Positions 61,211 to 64,000 of a stretch of 64,000 nt of DNA are shown here, piece after piece. Both the position numbers and the translations under genes were made by a program. The first letter of the stretch is position 1, and each line of letters opens with the position of its first letter. The notes below the pieces were generated by a model. That model ran no database searches. It had not been told where the DNA came from and saw only the letters and a program-made list of their open reading frames with translations. The stretch comes from a virus (Duplodnaviria; Caudoviricetes), in IMG/VR virus record IMGVR_UViG_3300025450_001231. One strand, given 5' to 3'.

Positions 61211-62590
61211 ATGATAGAAATTGATAAAATTGCTGAAAACTTATTTGACAAAATAAGAACTCGTTTCCCCGCTATTAGAATTGGTGACGAAAACGCTAAA
61301 AGTACTCGCGATCCTAGCAAAGCTCGTTTCTTTAACTTTGACTTTACAATAGATGGCGAATCATTCGGTAATATTACTATCAGTTTAGTTGATTCACAAA
61401 ATCTTAAGATCTACTTTGACAAAGAAATAGATCAGAAAATGCCCGACGAAGTTAAAAATCAATGGTATGCTTTCTTGAAGAACATTAGATTCTTTGCTAA
61501 ATCAAATTTGTTGAGTTTTGATGTACGTGACATTGCTAAACCCAGATTAGGTATCGACGACTTAAAACACGCAAATAAAAATGCTGATGTTATTGACAAA
61601 GACGATATCGAAATTAACGAAAGCAAAATGTACGGTACAAGTCGTAGCAGTTACCAGAAAATGGAAAGTGTACGAATTATCGCTCGCCACAGTAAACAAG
61701 TGGACGAAGAACAACGAGGTGCAAGAAGCAGAAATATAAATGCCATCTACATCGAGAACCAATTGGGCGAGCGATTCAGATTGCCTGAAGGAACTACCTT
61801 ACCTACTGCAAGAGTATATGCTCGTCATATTAAAAATGGCGGACAACTAAACGATGATTTTGGACAACACATTGGCAAGATCATCAAAGAAATGGCAGAC
61901 TTAAAATTGTTTGTGCGTAATATGCGTGGCCGCGTATTTGAAGATGCAGAAACAAATGGTATGGTTCAGGCCGCGATAGATCATTACGGCAGCTTACACA
62001 GTGACTTGTTTAGTTTGCGTGGCCAAAAAGGCTACGAACAATATCGTGCACTTTGGCAACCAGAATTAAACGAAGACGAAGAATTTGATTTAGATGAATT
62101 AAAGGAACGTTTTGTTAAACGTGTATTTGATGATCGTATGATGGATGCATTGCCAGTTGTTCATCGTGCTTACAATAAACAAAAGAATTTGATTGGCGAA
62201 GAATTTGAATCTTGGGCCAACGAAATGACCAGCGATATCGACGGTGACGAAGATGAAGACCCGTTTGCTAATAGCTTAGATGGTAATGCCATTGACGATG
62301 ATGATGAAAATGATGCAATCAGTGAGTTGTTGCAAAATAATCAATTTGAGTTTAGCTTTATGGACGGTACTTATTGGTTCGAAAGCGGGGAAGAATTGGA
62401 GCGTGCCAAAGATATTATGGCTGCCGAAGATCCGCACATGAAATGGCCAAGTATGGGTGTGCAAGATCCTACCAAAGGTACAGAAGCTGTTTATGGTTCC
62501 AGTACATTTGATCGCGAATCCGGATCACACGGTGTTATGGAAACCACAGATGAACTCAGCTTGTTCAAAAGTCTTGCTGGTATAAAATAA
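61211..62590 (+). CDS. Hypothetical protein, acidic C-terminus (possible virion/core protein)
   Basis: 459-aa ORF preceded by GATAAATA; ends LFKSLAGIK. Confidence 0.75.
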   Translation: MIEIDKIAENLFDKIRTRFPAIRIGDENAKSTRDPSKARFFNFDFTIDGESFGNITISLVDSQNLKIYFDKEIDQKMPDEVKNQWYAFLKNIRFFAKSNLLSFDVRDIAKPRLGIDDLKHANKNADVIDKDDIEINESKMYGTSRSSYQKMESVRIIARHSKQVDEEQRGARSRNINAIYIENQLGERFRLPEGTTLPTARVYARHIKNGGQLNDDFGQHIGKIIKEMADLKLFVRNMRGRVFEDAETNGMVQAAIDHYGSLHSDLFSLRGQKGYEQYRALWQPELNEDEEFDLDELKERFVKRVFDDRMMDALPVVHRAYNKQKNLIGEEFESWANEMTSDIDGDEDEDPFANSLDGNAIDDDDENDAISELLQNNQFEFSFMDGTYWFESGEELERAKDIMAAEDPHMKWPSMGVQDPTKGTEAVYGSSTFDRESGSHGVMETTDELSLFKSLAGIK

Positions 62591-62607
62591 ATTAAACTAA
62601 TTCAACC

Positions 62608-62633
62608 AAAGGACAGAAATTCTGTCCTTTTTT
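62608..62633 (+). terminator. Rho-independent terminator
   Basis: AAAGGACAGA-AAT-TCTGTCCTTT followed by TTT. Confidence 0.85.
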
Positions 62634-62634
62634 G

Positions 62635-62662
62635 TTGACTGCATAAATAAATGTGTTATACT
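62635..62662 (+). promoter_or_regulatory. sigma70-type promoter with an embedded late box upstream of gp32
   Basis: TTGACT-N16-TATACT with extended TG; CATAAATA at 62642-62649 in the spacer. Confidence 0.7.
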
Positions 62663-62723
62663 ATTCAAATGCGTAGTATATCTAAGCAAAAACAAAGACC
62701 ATCTTAAATTATAGGAGAACATT

Positions 62724-63725
62724 ATGGCAACATCTTTAGCAGAAATTCGTGCAAAATTACAAGCACAAGAGACACGTGGTAGTAACAACCAATCAGGTGG
62801 AGACAATGGCATTTACGCCCATTGGAACATTCCCGAAAATACAACAGCTCGTATTAGATTCCTTCCAGACGCAAACGCAAGTAACAGTTTTTTCTGGGTT
62901 GAAAGACTCATGATTAAATTGCCATTTGCTGGCATCAAAGGACAAGCGGATAGTAAACCAACTTTTGTACAAGTTCCTTGCGTTGAGATGTGGGGCGAAG
63001 CTTGCCCAATCTTGGCAGAAGTTCGTACTTGGTTTAAGGATTCTTCATTGGAAGAAATGGGTCGTAAGTATTGGAAGAAAAAATCTTATTTGTTCCAAGG
63101 CTTTGTAAGAGATAATCCTATCTCCGATGAAAAGGCTACAGACAATCCAATCCGTAGATTTGTTATCAGTCCACAAATTTTTAACATTGTTAAAAATGCG
63201 TTGATGGATCCAGAATTGGAAAACTTGCCAACAGACTACGAAGGCGGACTTGACTTTAACGTTAAGAAAACCAGCAAAGGCGGTTATGCTGATTATTCAA
63301 CTTCTAGTTGGGCACGTAGAGAAAGTGCATTGACTACTGATGAATTGAAAGCAGTTGAACAATTTGGTTTGTACAACTTGGCTGATTTCTTACCCAAGAA
63401 ACCCAGTGATGCTGAGCTTAAAATCATCAAAGAAATGTTTGAAGCAAGCGTTGATGGCGAAGCATATGATCCAGATCGTTGGGCCAACTATTACAAGCCA
63501 GCAGGTTTGAATAGTGCAGGTAATTCAGCTGCACCAGCAGCAACACCAGTTGCGGCACCTGCCCCAGTAGCAAAAGCTGCACCTGCTCCAGTAGCAGAGT
63601 CAGATGATGCTCCGTTTGATGCAGACGATGTAGTGGCAGAAGCAGTTGCTCCAGTAACAGCTGCCAAACCCAGTAGCCAACGTGCAGAAGACATTTTGGC
63701 AATGATCAGAAACCGTAAACAGTAA
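62724..63725 (+). CDS. gp32: Single-stranded DNA-binding protein
   Basis: ARIRFLPD, VQVPCVEMWGEACP, YWKKKSY, GGLDFNVKKTSKGGYADYSTSSW, acidic tail; AGGAG RBS. Confidence 0.93.
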   Translation: MATSLAEIRAKLQAQETRGSNNQSGGDNGIYAHWNIPENTTARIRFLPDANASNSFFWVERLMIKLPFAGIKGQADSKPTFVQVPCVEMWGEACPILAEVRTWFKDSSLEEMGRKYWKKKSYLFQGFVRDNPISDEKATDNPIRRFVISPQIFNIVKNALMDPELENLPTDYEGGLDFNVKKTSKGGYADYSTSSWARRESALTTDELKAVEQFGLYNLADFLPKKPSDAELKIIKEMFEASVDGEAYDPDRWANYYKPAGLNSAGNSAAPAATPVAAPAPVAKAAPAPVAESDDAPFDADDVVAEAVAPVTAAKPSSQRAEDILAMIRNRKQ

Positions 63726-63791
63726 TTAGCTGTGCTTGTGTCAGGACAGGGCTCACGGTCCCTGTCCAATTTTCAATGAAAGAACAATAAT

Positions 63792-64000
63792 ATGGCTAAG
63801 CCTTTCGACATTTCCAAATTTAGAAAAAATATCACAAAATCAATTGATGGTATTAGTATGGGATTTAATGATCCTACCGATTGGATCAGTACCAACAACT
63901 ATGCATTAAACTATCTTATCAGTGGAGACTTCCATAAAGGAATTCCAATGGGTAAGGTTACAGTTTTTGCAGGAGAATCCGGAGCAGGTAAAAGTTTTAT
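63792..64000 (+). CDS. uvsX: RecA-like recombinase UvsX, 3'-truncated by the window edge
   Basis: MAKPFDISKFRKNITKSI...WISTNNYALNYLISGDFHKGIPMGKVTVFAGESGAGKSF (Walker A). Absent from the ORF track because it has no stop in the window. Confidence 0.92.
   Translation, partial: MAKPFDISKFRKNITKSIDGISMGFNDPTDWISTNNYALNYLISGDFHKGIPMGKVTVFAGESGAGKSF

Noticed and set aside
1-64000. Stop-codon reassignment, as seen in some large phages
   Set aside because: Very long ORFs and core genes are intact in the standard code, and TAG, TGA and TAA all terminate genes at sensible positions.

Overview
The window is part of a large lytic T4-like myophage genome, AT-rich, read in the standard genetic code. I see no tRNA, rRNA, CRISPR array, integrase or IS element. 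There are three blocks. (1) 1-30689: seven co-oriented, mostly very large fibre/adhesin genes with collagen G-X-Y tracts, a ~100-aa repeat shaft, FN3/Ig, LamG and Gly-rich domains. They end in a 3779-aa protein with 20 FN3 domains and five 7-bladed RCC1-like propellers. (2) 30750-40310: a tightly coupled modification cluster directly downstream of the fibres. It encodes a sulfotransferase-TPR-glycosyltransferase fusion, a methyltransferase, an APS-kinase-like/DUF2061 fusion, a GT4, a cupin, an LbH acyltransferase, a short DegT aminotransferase, Gmd, a GT10-like transferase and three 2OG-Fe(II) oxygenases. (3) 40300-64000: rearranged T4-like core genes: Nudix, gp15/gp14-like on the minus strand, an early sigma70 island, gp13, dNMP kinase, sheath gp18, tube gp19, gp4, probable small terminase, internal head proteins, HNH, large terminase gp17, gp32 and the start of uvsX. 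The best candidate for an undescribed system is a phage-encoded glycosylation and sulfation pathway that may decorate these giant Ser/Thr-rich, collagen-containing fibres, alongside a modular RCC1-propeller adhesin showing blade-level recombination. All product calls come from motif recognition by eye; counts were made by hand and no database search was run.
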